A stretch of 64,000 nt of DNA. Origin: Pecten maximus. Lineage: Eukaryota. The notes beneath the pieces are model-generated. The model was not told the origin of the DNA. It saw only the letters and a program-made list of their open reading frames with translations, and searched no databases. The translations under genes and the position numbers were made by a program. Location of the stretch: assembly GCF_902652985.1 (NCBI RefSeq), contig NC_047023.1, positions 20,336,001 through 20,400,000 of the forward strand, read 5' to 3'. Shown in pieces: positions 11,831-24,698 of this stretch (its first letter is position 1; each line of letters begins with the position of its first letter).

Positions 11831-13837
11831 CGTTTGATGAAAAATTGCCTCATCAATTTGTAAATTACATAATTATTTTCAAACATCGGAGAAACATTTA
11901 TGTAAACGTCATTTATACTCGACAATATATTTTAATTATTTGCAAGAACAAAACATATAATCACGATTTGTGAATATGGATTGTAAATGATTTTAATAGC
12001 TATTTTTGTTTTTTTGTATTTTTGGAATATTTTTAAACGTGTGCATTGAAACGATATTACAATCTTACATAGGGTAAACTCGTTCTGTGCCACTGTATAC
12101 TATAGAGTTGGATTCTATAAGCTGAAACTCGTTCCAGGCGCTGTATAATATAGAGGTTGATTCGATAAGGTAAAACTCGTTCTGTGCCACTATATTTTTT
12201 CTTCTTTTTGCATTTTGCAATTATTTTTAAACGTGTGCATTGAAAATGATATTGCAATCTTACATAAGAAACTTGGGAGCAAATATTTCGTCATTTCGGT
12301 AGTGGAAATTTTCAACGCCAATTCCCCAGAAACACAAATAAACCGTCCAGAACTCAGTACATCAAATAGACATTTACAGACAACACAAACACATATGACA
12401 ATGTGAGAAGGTAAACTTGACAACTCCAACATGAAAGCATATAAACGAACAGAGATGAGGTTACGGGGAGAATGGAAGGCAGGGCAATTTTTTAACAAAA
12501 CGGGGAGAGGGATATAACATATCTAACCTTTCAAATTTACAACCATGTTAAATCTAAGATTAAGGGATATAATGAAATTCCCTCATAATTCAATCTTAAC
12601 ACATCTGACCGCGAAAATTAACCAAACAGAATAGCGCCTTTATTACATTATAAAACACACGTAACACAGAGGAAATATGACTATACCTGATGAAAAGAGC
12701 GAGTATCTTACTTTTGATGAGAAAAAAGGTAAATTATACGGTGTCTGTTACAATGTGTACTGAAGATAGACAGCTATTGTCATTTAAAGGAATTGTTTAG
12801 GTAGTGTTTGTTTAAACCATAAAATTAACAAAGATATGTTTAGATCTGATTGAAAGTTTTGTAAACGGTGGGTGGGTTCAATAATACTATCTTTACATAA
12901 TCTTACGTTTGAGATGTAGACAAGGGGTTTAAGATCGAGGTTTTTTTGTTATCTTTCGCCGAAAACATAAAAGGTCATCAAAGCATCTTCAACACTTTAC
13001 TTTGAAGGCGAGGAGGCAGAAATTGGAACTTAAAAATTTAACATATGTCCTTTTAATTGAACCTGTATCATATTTCATATGAACTTCAAGGGAGCATTTC
13101 TTTAGAAAACATGGGGTGAAAACGTGTTTACGGTGCTACATTTAACGTAATGGCAGAAAATGAAATATTTTAAAGCAGTACATAGTTTGTGTAATGGAGT
13201 TCATCGCAGTGGAGTAAGAGCAGCTTGTGTTTACAGTGTATACTCATCACGTCACTTTGTACCGAGACATGTTTCACAAAGTGTTTTTACCCATTTACCT
13301 GTGAAATCCAACACCTTTCTCACGACACAGAGTGCAGTTAGAAAACACACTTAGAAAAATATCTCTACATGCACCAGATCACACATCAATCATTGCTGCA
13401 CATTTATTTACATGTTAACCAATTACATTAGTTGTTACTCCAAAACGTGTTTCGACATTTAAACAACACAAAGCTATCAGCACGATCAAGTTCAAGTTCA
13501 TCTTATTCCGTGGACCTATCGGCCCATACGTGAAAAATAACAAATTGATTATACATAAATATTTAATACTGTAAATACATAAAAAATGGAGAATGATCAA
13601 CATGATATTGTAAGCTTAATCTAAAAACATGCGTCTCAATGTCAATCTCGATCAGAATGTGGCTATCTAGGCAAACCATTTATAACATCGGTTGATATTT
13701 TCTGTAATTACGAATATATTTACAACATGCAGATAATTTACTTCTCTACTATACTACACTAAAGAATATCGGTTAATAATGCGTACGTCTATTTGCCTCA
13801 CATTATATAGATGTCTACTACTGGTCGTAAGGTATCT

Positions 13838-14200
13838 AGAAGTGGATCGTATAAAGTAGGGCTCTTCTTGTGCCAATTATAATATAAAGATGGATCGTAT
13901 AAGGTAGCTCTCTTTTTGTGCCAATTATAGTGTAAAGGTGAACCGTATAAGGTTCAAATCATTTTATGTCAATTATAATGTAAAGGTGAATTGCATGATG
14001 GAGCACTCTTTTTGTGACAATTATAATGTAAAGGTGGATTGTATGATGGAGCACTCTTTTTGTGACAATTATAATGTAAAGGTGGATTGTATAAGGTAGC
14101 ACTCTTTTTGTGCCATTGTATAATCTAGAGGTTAAATATATAAGGTTACATTCGTTGTGTGCCAGTGTATAATATAGAGGTGGATTCTGTAAGGTTACCT
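13838..14200. repeat. Degenerate 48-bp minisatellite (related units at 12070-12192)
   Basis: GGTGGATTGTATAAGGTAGCACTCTTTTTGTGCCAATTATAATGTAAA-like units, about 7 copies. Confidence 0.8.
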
Positions 14201-15094
14201 ACATTTGTACCACTTGTACCACTGTATACACCAGAAGTTGAGTTACCGAATTTTTGATATTCTTTCCACAAAACTTTTCTTTCTGTTAGAATAGTTTACT
14301 TCTTCCACACTGCACTCAAAATATCCCCGGTGTTATCTCGCGTAGATTTACAGTGTTTGCTTTAAACATGTAGCTCGCCCACTTAATACCTCACTGTACA
14401 ATTGTTTTATTTGTCATTGTTCGCATGGTGAACTTTAAAACGCACTCATATATTTCTACCTGGTTGTGTTATACAGTTGTGATAATGGCGAAAAGGACTG
14501 TATTTGTGGTTGGCAATATATTTGATGAGACCAGCGTCGACAACGTTCAAAACATGGCTGGCGTACCTACGGAGACTCTCTTGGCCGACTCTTTTTTCTA
14601 ACACTATCTAAGCCTATATGGTGTGTAATATTTCACTCCCCACTGAAAATCCTTGACGCTAATCTGTTGATATACAACCAGTTCTTTGAAGTTTAAAAAA
14701 TAGCCTCTTGAACTGACGGGGAGGGTCAAGGCGCTATTTCTTTTTTTTTCTTTTTTTCTTTTTTCTTTCTTTTATTTTATGTGTAAACATTGTTGTTTGC
14801 CTTACATAACAACACTGCCGCATTTTGTCGATTTTATCTTTCAACATAGACCCTGACATTTATCAAATATATCTTAAGCAGTATTTCTCACTGAAATTAT
14901 CCTTAATGATTTCACAATTGTCTTTCTTAAAGTGTCAAGGGACCTAAGGATGACAGTATACATTATGTATATCCAGGTATTAATATAATCTTATAAACGA
15001 CATGTAAATATTATTATGTCGGGCCAACTATCCCTGTGCCATTGAAATAAATTGATATAAATATTTTATCTAGGTTGTTTATAAGTAATATCTA

Positions 15095-18000
15095 CAATGT
15101 TGTACTGAATGGTATAGAACTGCAATGTAGTACTGAGTAGTATAACACTACAATGCAGTAATGAGTAGTATAAAACTACAACGTAGTACTGAGTGTTACA
15201 GAACTACAATGTAGTACTGAGTGTTACAGAACTACAATGTAGTACTGAGTGGTATAGAACTACAATGTAGTACTGAGTGTTACAGAACTACAATGTAGTA
15301 CTGAGTAGTATAAAACTACAACGTAGTACTGAGTGTTACAGAACTACAATGTAGTACTGAATGTTACAGAACTACAATGTAGTACTGAGTGGTATAGAAC
15401 TACAATGTAGTACTGAGTGGTATAGAACTACAATGTAGTACTGAGTGTTACAGAACTACAATGTAGTACTGAGTGTTACAGAACTACAATGTAGTACTGA
15501 GTGTTATAGAACTACAATGTAGTACTGAGTGGTATAGAACTACAATGTAGTACTGAGTGGTATAGAACTACAATGTAGTACTGAGTGGTATAGAACTACA
15601 ATGTAGTACTGAGTGATATAGAACTACAATGTAGTACTGAGTGGTATAGAACTACAATGTAGTACTGAGTGGTATAGAACTACAATGTAGTACTGAGTGT
15701 TACAGAACTACAATGTAGTACTGAGTGGTATAAAACTACAATGTAGTACTGAGTGTTACAGAACTACAATGTAGTACTGAGTAGTATAGAACTACAATGT
15801 AGTCCTGAGTGTTACAGAACTACAATGTAGTACTGAGTGGTACAGAACTACAATGTAGTACTGAATGGTATAGGACTACAATGTAGTACTGAGTGTTATA
15901 GAACTACAACGTAGTACTGAGTGGTATAGAACTACAATGTAGTACTGAGTGGTATTGAACTACAACGTAGTACTGAGTGGTATAGAACTACAATGTAGTA
16001 CTGAGTAGTATAGAACTACAACGTAGTACTGAGTGGTATAGAACTACAACGTAGTACTGAGTGGTATAGAACTACAATGTAGTACTGAGTGGTATAGAAC
16101 TACAATGTAGTACTGAGTGGTATAGAACTACAACGTAGTACTGAGTGGTATAGAACTACAACGTAGTACTGAGTGGTATAGAACTACAACGTAGTACTGA
16201 GTGGTATAGAACTACAATGTAGTACTGAGTGGTGTAGAACTACAATGTAGTACTGAGTGTTACAGAACTACAATGTAGTACTGAGTGTTCCAGAACTACA
16301 ATGTAGTACTGAGTGGTATAGAACTACAATGTAGTACTGAGTGGTATAGAACTACAATGTAGTACTGAGTGGTATAGAACTACAATGTATTACTGAATGG
16401 TATAGAACTACAACGTAGTACTGAGTGTTACAGAACTACAATGTAGTACTGAGTGGTATATAACTACAATGTAGTACTGAGTGTTACAGAACTACAATGT
16501 ATTACTGAATGGTATATAACTACAATGTAGTACTGAGTGTTACAGAACTACAATGTAGTACTGAGTGTTACAGAACTACAATGTAGTACTGAGTGTTACA
16601 GAACTACATTGTAGTACTGAGTGGTATAGAACTACAATGTAGTACTGAGTGTTACAGAACTACAATGCAATACTGAGTGGTATAGAACTACAATGTAGTA
16701 CTGAGTGGTATAGAACTACAATGTAGTACTGAGTGTTACAGAACTACAATGTAGTACTGAGTGGTATAGAACTACAATGTAGTACTGAGTGATATAAAAC
16801 TACAATGTAGTACTGAGTGTTATAGAACTACAACGTAGTACTGAGTGGTATAGAACTACAATGTAGTACTGAGTGGTATTGAACTACAACGTAGTACTGA
16901 GTGGTATAGAACTACAATGTAGTACTGAGTGGTATAGAACTACAATGTAGTACTGAGTGGTATAGAACTACAATGTAGTACTGAGTGGTATAGAACTACA
17001 ATGTAGTACTGAGTGGTATTGAACTACAACGTAGTACTGAGTGATATAGAACTACAATGTAGTACTGAGTGGTATAGAACTACAATGTAGTACTGAGTGG
17101 TATTGAACTACAACGTAGTACTGAGTGATATAAAACTACAATGTAGTACTGAGTGGTATAGAACTACAATGTAGTACTGAGTGGTATATAACTACAATGC
17201 AGTACTGAGTGGTATAGAACTACAATGCAGTACTGAGTGTTACAGAACTACAATGTAGTACTGAGTGGTATAGAACTACAACGTAGTACTGAGTGGTATA
17301 GAACTACAATGTAGTACTAAATGGTATATAACTACAATGTAGTACTGAGTGTTACAGAACTACAATGTAGTACTGAGTGTTACAGAACTACAATGCAATA
17401 CTGAGTGGTATAGAACTACAACGTAGTACTGAGTGGTATTGAACTACAATGTAGTACTGAGTGTTACAGAACTATAATGTAGTACTGAGTGTTATAAAAC
17501 TACAACGTAGTACTGAGTGTTACAGAACTACAATGTAGTACTGAGTGTTATAAAACTACAACGTAGTACTGAGTGTTATAAAACTACAACGTAGTACTGA
17601 GTGTTATAAAACTACAACGTAGTACTGAGTGTTACAGAACTACAATGTAGTACTGAGTGGTATAGAACTACAATGTAGTACTGAGTGGTATAGAACTACA
17701 ATGTAGTACTGAGTGGTATAGAACTACAATGTAGTACTGAGTGGTATTGAACTACAACGTAGTACTGAGTGATATAGAACTACAATGTAGTACTGAGTGG
17801 TATAGAACTACAATGTAGTACTGAGTTGTATTGAACTACAACGTAGTACTGAGTGATATAAAACTACAATGTAGTACTGAGTGGTATAGAACTACAATGT
17901 AGTACTGAGTGGTATATAACTACAATGCAGTACTGAGTGGTATAGAACTACAATGCAGTACTGAGTGGTATAGAACTACAATGCAGTACTGAGTGTTACA

Positions 18001-19975
18001 GAACTACAATGTAGTACTGAGTGGTATAGAACTACAACGTAGTACTGAGTGGTATAGAACTACAATGTAGTACTGAATGGTATATAACTACAATGTAGTA
18101 CTGAGTGTTACAGAACTACAATGTAGTACTGAGTGTTACAGAACTACAATGCAATACTGAGTGGTATAGAACTACAACGTAGTACTGAGTGGTATTGAAC
18201 TACAATGTAGTACTGAGTGTTACAGAACTATAATGTAGTACTGAGTGTTATAAAACTACAACGTAGTACTGAGTGTTACAGAACTACAATGTAGTACTGA
18301 GTGTTATAAAACTACAACGTAGTACTGAGTGTTATAAAACTACAACGTAGTACTGAGTGTTATACAACTACAACTGTAGTACTGAGTGTTACAGAACTAC
18401 AATGTAGTACTGAGTGTTATAGAACTACAACTGTAGTACTGAGTGTTATCAAAACTACAATGTAGTACTGAGTGTTATAAACTACAAGTAGTACTGAGTG
18501 TACAGAACTACAATGTAGTACTGAGTGGTTAGAACTACAATGTAGTTACTGAGTGGTACTAGAACTACAATGTAGTACTGAGTGGTATAGAACTACAATG
18601 TAGTACTGAGTGGTTCAGAACTTACAATGTATTACTGAGTGGTATAGAACTACAACTGTAGTACTGAGTGGTATAGAACTACAATGTAGTACTGAGTGGT
18701 ATAGAACTACAATGTATTACTGAATGGTATAGAACTACAACGTAGTACTGAGTGTTACAGAACTACAATGTAGTACTGAGTGTTACAGAACTACAATGTA
18801 GTACTGAGTGGTATATAACTACAATGTAGTACTGAGTGTTACAGAACTACAATGTAGTACTGAGTGGTATAGAACTACAATGTAGTACTGAGTGTTATAG
18901 AACTACAATGTAGTACTGAGTGTTATAGAACTACAACTGTAGTACTGAGTGTTATAGAACTACAATGTAGTACTGAGTGGTATATGAACTACAATGTAGT
19001 ACTGAGTGGTATAGAACTACAATGTAGTACTGAGTGGTATAGAACTACAATGTAGTACTGAGTGGTATAGAACTACAATGTAGTACTGAGTGGTATAGAA
19101 CTACAATGTAGTACTGAGTGGTATTGAACTACAACGTAGTACTGAGTGTTATAGAACTACAACGTAGTACTGAGTGGTATAGAACTACAATGTAGTACTG
19201 AGTGGTATAGAACTACAATGTAGTACTGAGTGGTATAGAACTACAATGTAGTACTGAGTGGTATAGAACTACAATGTAGTACTGAGTGGTATAGAACTAC
19301 AATGTAGTACTGAGTGGTATAGAACTACAATGTAGTACTGAGTGGTATAGAACTACAACGTAGTACTGAGTGGTATAGAACTACAATGTAGTACTGAATG
19401 GTATATAACTACAATGTAGTACTGAGTGTTACAGAACTACAATGTAGTACTGAGTGTTACAGAACTACAATGCAATACTGAGTGGTATAGAACTACAACG
19501 TAGTACTGAGTGGTATTGAACTACAATGTAGTACTGAGTGTTACAGAACTATAATGTAGTACTGAGTGTTATAAAACTACAACGTAGTACTGAGTGTTAC
19601 AGAACTACAATGTAGTACTGAGTGTTATAAAACTACAACGTAGTACTGAGTGTTATAAAACTACAACGTAGTACTGAGTGTTATAAAACTACAACGTAGT
19701 ACTGAGTGTTACAGAACTACAATGTAGTACTGAGTGTTATAAAACTACAACGTAGTACTGAGTGTTATAAAACTACAACGTAGTACTGAGTGTTATAAAA
19801 CTACAACGTAGTACTGAGTGTTACAGAACTACAATGTAGTACTGAGTGGTATAGAACTACAATGTAGTACTAAGTGGTACAGAACTACAATGTAGTACTG
19901 AGTGTATAGAACTACAATGTAGTACTGAGTGGTATAGAACTACAATGTAGTACTGAGTGGTATAGAACTACAAAG
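15095..19975. repeat. 28-bp satellite (GTAGTACTGAGTGGTATAGAACTACAAT), about 174 copies
   Basis: Homogeneous 4.9-kb array between the two ALDH paralogues; each unit contains AGTACT and the near-palindrome ACTACA-A-TGTAGT. Confidence 0.98.
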
Positions 19976-20168
19976 TACATGCAGTACTAACTAGAATATG
20001 TATGGTATAACCTCTATATTGTTTGATATGATTTAGTTCTGGCAGATAAACAAGTAACTCAATGTTTTTGCAATATTGTAATGTATTACATGGAAGTCAC
20101 GGTGTAATAAAAAGTTTGTTATAAACTGTTAAATCCTTTCCTTGGAATAACAATGTCAGTCTGCTAAA

Positions 20169-23100
20169 TCACTTCGTCAACGGGTTCATTAATACCTGAA
20201 ACATAAAAAAATAAACATTGGATAATTTTACATAGTTATTTCAATAGAAATGCCAATGATGTAAAAATGGTACTGCCTCAAAACATATATATGGCGGAGC
20301 TGTAATAGGGGTAAACACATGGCGGGGTTAGTAGTAGAGGGTAGAGGAGTAAACACATGGCGGGGTTAGTAGTAGTGGGAAGAGGAGTAAACACATGGCG
20401 GGGTTAGTAGTAGGGGGTAGAGGAGTAAACACATGGCGGGGTTAGTAGTAGTGGGTAGAGGAGTAAACACATGGCGGGGTTAGTAGTAGGGGTAGAGGAG
20501 TAAACACATGGCGGGGTTAGTAGTAGGGTTAGAGGAATAAACACATGGCGGGGCTAGTAGTACGGGGTAGAGGAGTAAACACATGGCGGGGTTAGTAGTA
20601 GGGGGTAGAGAAGTAAACACATGGCGGGGTTAGTAGTAGGGGGTAGAGGAGTAAACACATGGCGGGGTTAGTAGTAGGGGGTAGAGAAGTAAACACATGG
20701 CGGGGTTAGTAGTAGGGGGTAGAGAAGTAAACACATGGCGGGGTTAGTAGTAGGGGGAAGAGGAGTAAACACATGGCGGGGCTAGTAGTACGGGGTAGAG
20801 GAGTAAACACATGGCGGGGTTAGTAGTAGGGGGTAGAGAAGTAAACACATGGCGGGGTTAGAAGTAGGGAGTAGAGAAGTAAACACATGGCGGGGTTAGT
20901 AGTAGGGGGTAGAGAAGTAAACACATGGCGGGGTTAGTAGTAGGGGGTAGAGGAGTAAACACATGGCGGGGTTAGTAGTAGGAGGTAGAGGAGTAAACAC
21001 ATGGCGGGGTTAGTAGTAGGGGGTAGAGGAGTAAACACATGGCGGGGTTAGTAGTTTCTCCATTTCTCCATTTATGGTCAGTAAAATGCCAAAATCGCTG
21101 ACATGACGTAATAATCACTGTCGGATAAGGAGTTCACTCTACAAATTCCGTTAGAACCGGTAGTTATCTTAATTATTGATCTATAAAAAATGACTAAGCA
21201 AAATAACTTTCAGATTCCTTCTTTATCTATAAACATGTATTTTAGAAATGTTTTAAGAATCATGGACCTTAACCTTTGAAACAGACCTTTTTTTCTACTG
21301 TACAAAGACGGAGTATGCACTGTCCAACATCACTTTTTAATACAGATAGTTTAGGTCAAAAATATGTTGCATCTACTGTATGATTACTCCATGTTACGCA
21401 ATGGTGTGTTTTTTTACATTGACGGATCAGAACTTCCTGACCCAGATGACGCAATGGTAGAACTAACCAATCAATTACATATTTTAAAAACAAATTTTAA
21501 CAGATGCTATCCGACAACAGAAAACTCGTGTGGAATGGTCAGTTCAAAATTACCAGATGCCCGAAAATATTCTCTACTCACTTCACAATAATTGTGCGGT
21601 AAAATAGTAAAATAATATACAGCTGTAGCTAGTCTCGTTGTGCCACCTAATGCAAAACTTTACATTTCATTATTTACCTTCATATAGTTTGATAGTATTT
21701 TACATAAGATAGTATACAGATACATTTCGTTTTCTATTCAAATTATATCTTTTCAAAATTACGTTTACATATAAAACACTTTAGGACAGACATGTAAACT
21801 GGTAACATACTTACCGTTTTGATTTCAGAATATTGTGCCAAACCATACTCTCCTCTGTAATACGAAGGTGTTGATATGTGTTCATGCATCAGCGAGGTAT
21901 GTACAAAGTATCAATATTTTCATTATAATACACCATATCATATCAACAGGAAAACGGAACTAGAAATTGCATGATGGTTTATTAATTACATGTAGTTATT
22001 TTTCGTTTGCAAGCCAAAAAACGCGCAATGATCTTTAATAATATTGTGAAAATTATTTTCAAATGTTTTAAAGATGGAATGGGAAAATTACGTGGTTAAC
22101 AAAGGGAATGTATTAACAGTAGGACATTCACTTACAGTTCTCGGCCGATTCCGGACATCTTGAATCCTCCAAACGGACTTTGCGGGGTGACAATATGGTA
22201 TGCGTTTACCCTAAAACGTAATCAAAAGAAGCGTTCGTAATACGAAATTAAAAGCAACTCGGCTCGTTATACTAAATGATGAACATACCCGCTCATTATA
22301 TATAGTAATAAACATACCCGCTCATTATATATAGTAATAAACATCCCTGCTCGTTATACAAAATAATAAACATCCCTGCTCATAATACAAAATAATAAAC
22401 ATCCCTGCTCATAATACAAAATAATAAGTATCCCCGCTCATTATACAAAATAATTAACATCACGTTTCAATATACAAAATATTTTGTCTCGAAAATCGAT
22501 AAATCTGATTAGGAGAACTTTCGTTATAACTACAGTTAGAATATTTGTCCAACACAGATCTCCCAGTACGACGATATGGTTGCTAATATGCATTGTGATA
22601 TCAACACGAGCCATAAATTCAGGCATTGAATAGTTTTTACTCTCATTGACCTGCATTCATAGATCAATCACTTCAACTTTCTATAACATGACAAACCATC
22701 ACTTTCATATCTTTATTATTTAGTTTTTGTATGAATTCATGCAGTCGACCTTGAACTCATTTTTATATACTAACTTAAAAGAAAGGCATATCCTAATACC
22801 ACACATTTTATTAATAGGTCAACCAGTTCGCCTTAAGTAGTAGTAAACGCTTGTCCAGATTCTCCACCACATTATTCGAACACTTGAAACAATGTGTGTT
22901 AGTCATCGAATACTTTTTTTTATCTTACAACGCTAACGGACCATTTATCAATTTGGAAGAAATGTTCTACGTCAAGCCATTGATTCCCGACAATAAAACC
23001 AAACATTTACCATACTGTTCCGGCTTTGACCTTGTTAGAAAAGGTCACTGCTTTTCCAAGGTCGTTGGTATAAATAGCAGCAGCCAGTCCATAAGGTGTG

Positions 23101-24662
23101 TTGTTTGCTCTTTCGATAACCTCTTCCATTGTCTTAAATTTGATAATTTGCTGAACTGGTCCAAAAATCTGATAAAAAAGAACACAAACATTCTATTGAT
23201 AGTTTCGGTACGTTGTATCTATATTAAGCTAGATTGATGCAAATACTTTGTAATACATTTATGTCGATATTTAACTTCATTGTTACGATTAGATTAGTAG
23301 TTAAAGTCGAAAGTTATCTTCATCGTCACGAATGTTTTAATGATTTGTACACATATATACATATAGGTAAATTATCACAAATATTTAACTATTTTGTATA
23401 TATACCTAACGAAATTATCAGGGATATATTAGTAGCAAATAATTATTTATCATTTTTTCGCTATTGATCATTAATACATGAATCAATACTATTTTAATGG
23501 TTGGTATCGTTTTTCTGCATAATGTGACAATTCTTACGTATGGCTATTAAAGATAATTTTTGTATATTAAACCATGGTATTCGGACTGACAAACTTCAAA
23601 GTGATTTCGGAAGTGACAGTATCCAGACTGTAATGGCCACTAAACTGTTACCTCCTCCTTGCCGATAGTCATGTCCTCTGTGACACCGGTAAACACGGTC
23701 GGCTGGATGAAGTAACCTTTACCCTCTACGGCCTTCCCGCCACACTCCAGCTTGGCACCATCCTTCACTCCTTTCTCGATCATCGATAGAATCTTCTTAA
23801 ATTGTTCTTCGTCAATCTGAAAATGATGATTGCTTTTCGTTTATTGAAATATAACTTTCATAGAAATACATATTGTATGAATAAAAAAGCTCCACCTTAA
23901 GGTTGATTTTTTCAATAAAGATATAACGTGTCATTTCCATTTATTAAAGTGATAAGATTATGAAAATATTTTATCAATAATTAGCCAGGAAGTATATATA
24001 TTACTTGTGGTCCAGATTCATTCTTGGTATCAAACGGGTCTCCTACACTCCTATTTTTGGCTCTATTGATAAGTTTCGCAGTGAATTCCTCGTAGACTTC
24101 CTCTTGGACATACGTCCTTGACCCCGCCGTGCAACACTGACCCATATTGTAGAACAATGCTTGATGTGACATCTCAGCCGCGACGTCCACTGGGATAAAA
24201 GTAAATACGTAGGTGAAGCAGATTCTACTATTCGCAAATGTTCTTAACATTGCTATACCCAGGTATCTCCAGATGGGGTTATTCGTATGACAATGCTGTA
24301 TATCAGTGAAATGTAATACTAATATCTACAAAACATTAGTTATCGTAAGCAGTCTGATTTTTTATCGTCAAAGCGAAAAAAATCCTTTTCATAAAATTTC
24401 ATATGAAATGATTACTCATTGGATATATCAACATAAAGAGTGAGGCGAACACATAATTCTTGGACAGAGCTAAAATTTAAATGAGTAAAGGAAAGAAAGG
24501 GGGAGGGGGTCAGTAGAGTTGTATGTGACTTACAATTAGCATCAGCGAAGACGACGTTTGGACTTTTCCCTCCCAATTCCAGAGTGACACGCTTAAGGTT
24601 AGATTTGGCAGCAGCTTCCATTATAATTTGTCCAACCTGAAAACCCAATAACATATTGAAAT

Positions 24663-24698
<36 letters not shown>

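Noticed and set aside
18365-19000. Distinct satellite subfamily with 1-bp indels
   Set aside because: Scattered single-base indels confined to one stretch look like long-read consensus error.
15095-19975. CRISPR-like array (28-bp partly palindromic repeats)
   Set aside because: Units are contiguous with no unique spacers, there are no cas genes, and the context is eukaryotic; the same applies to 9329-11697.
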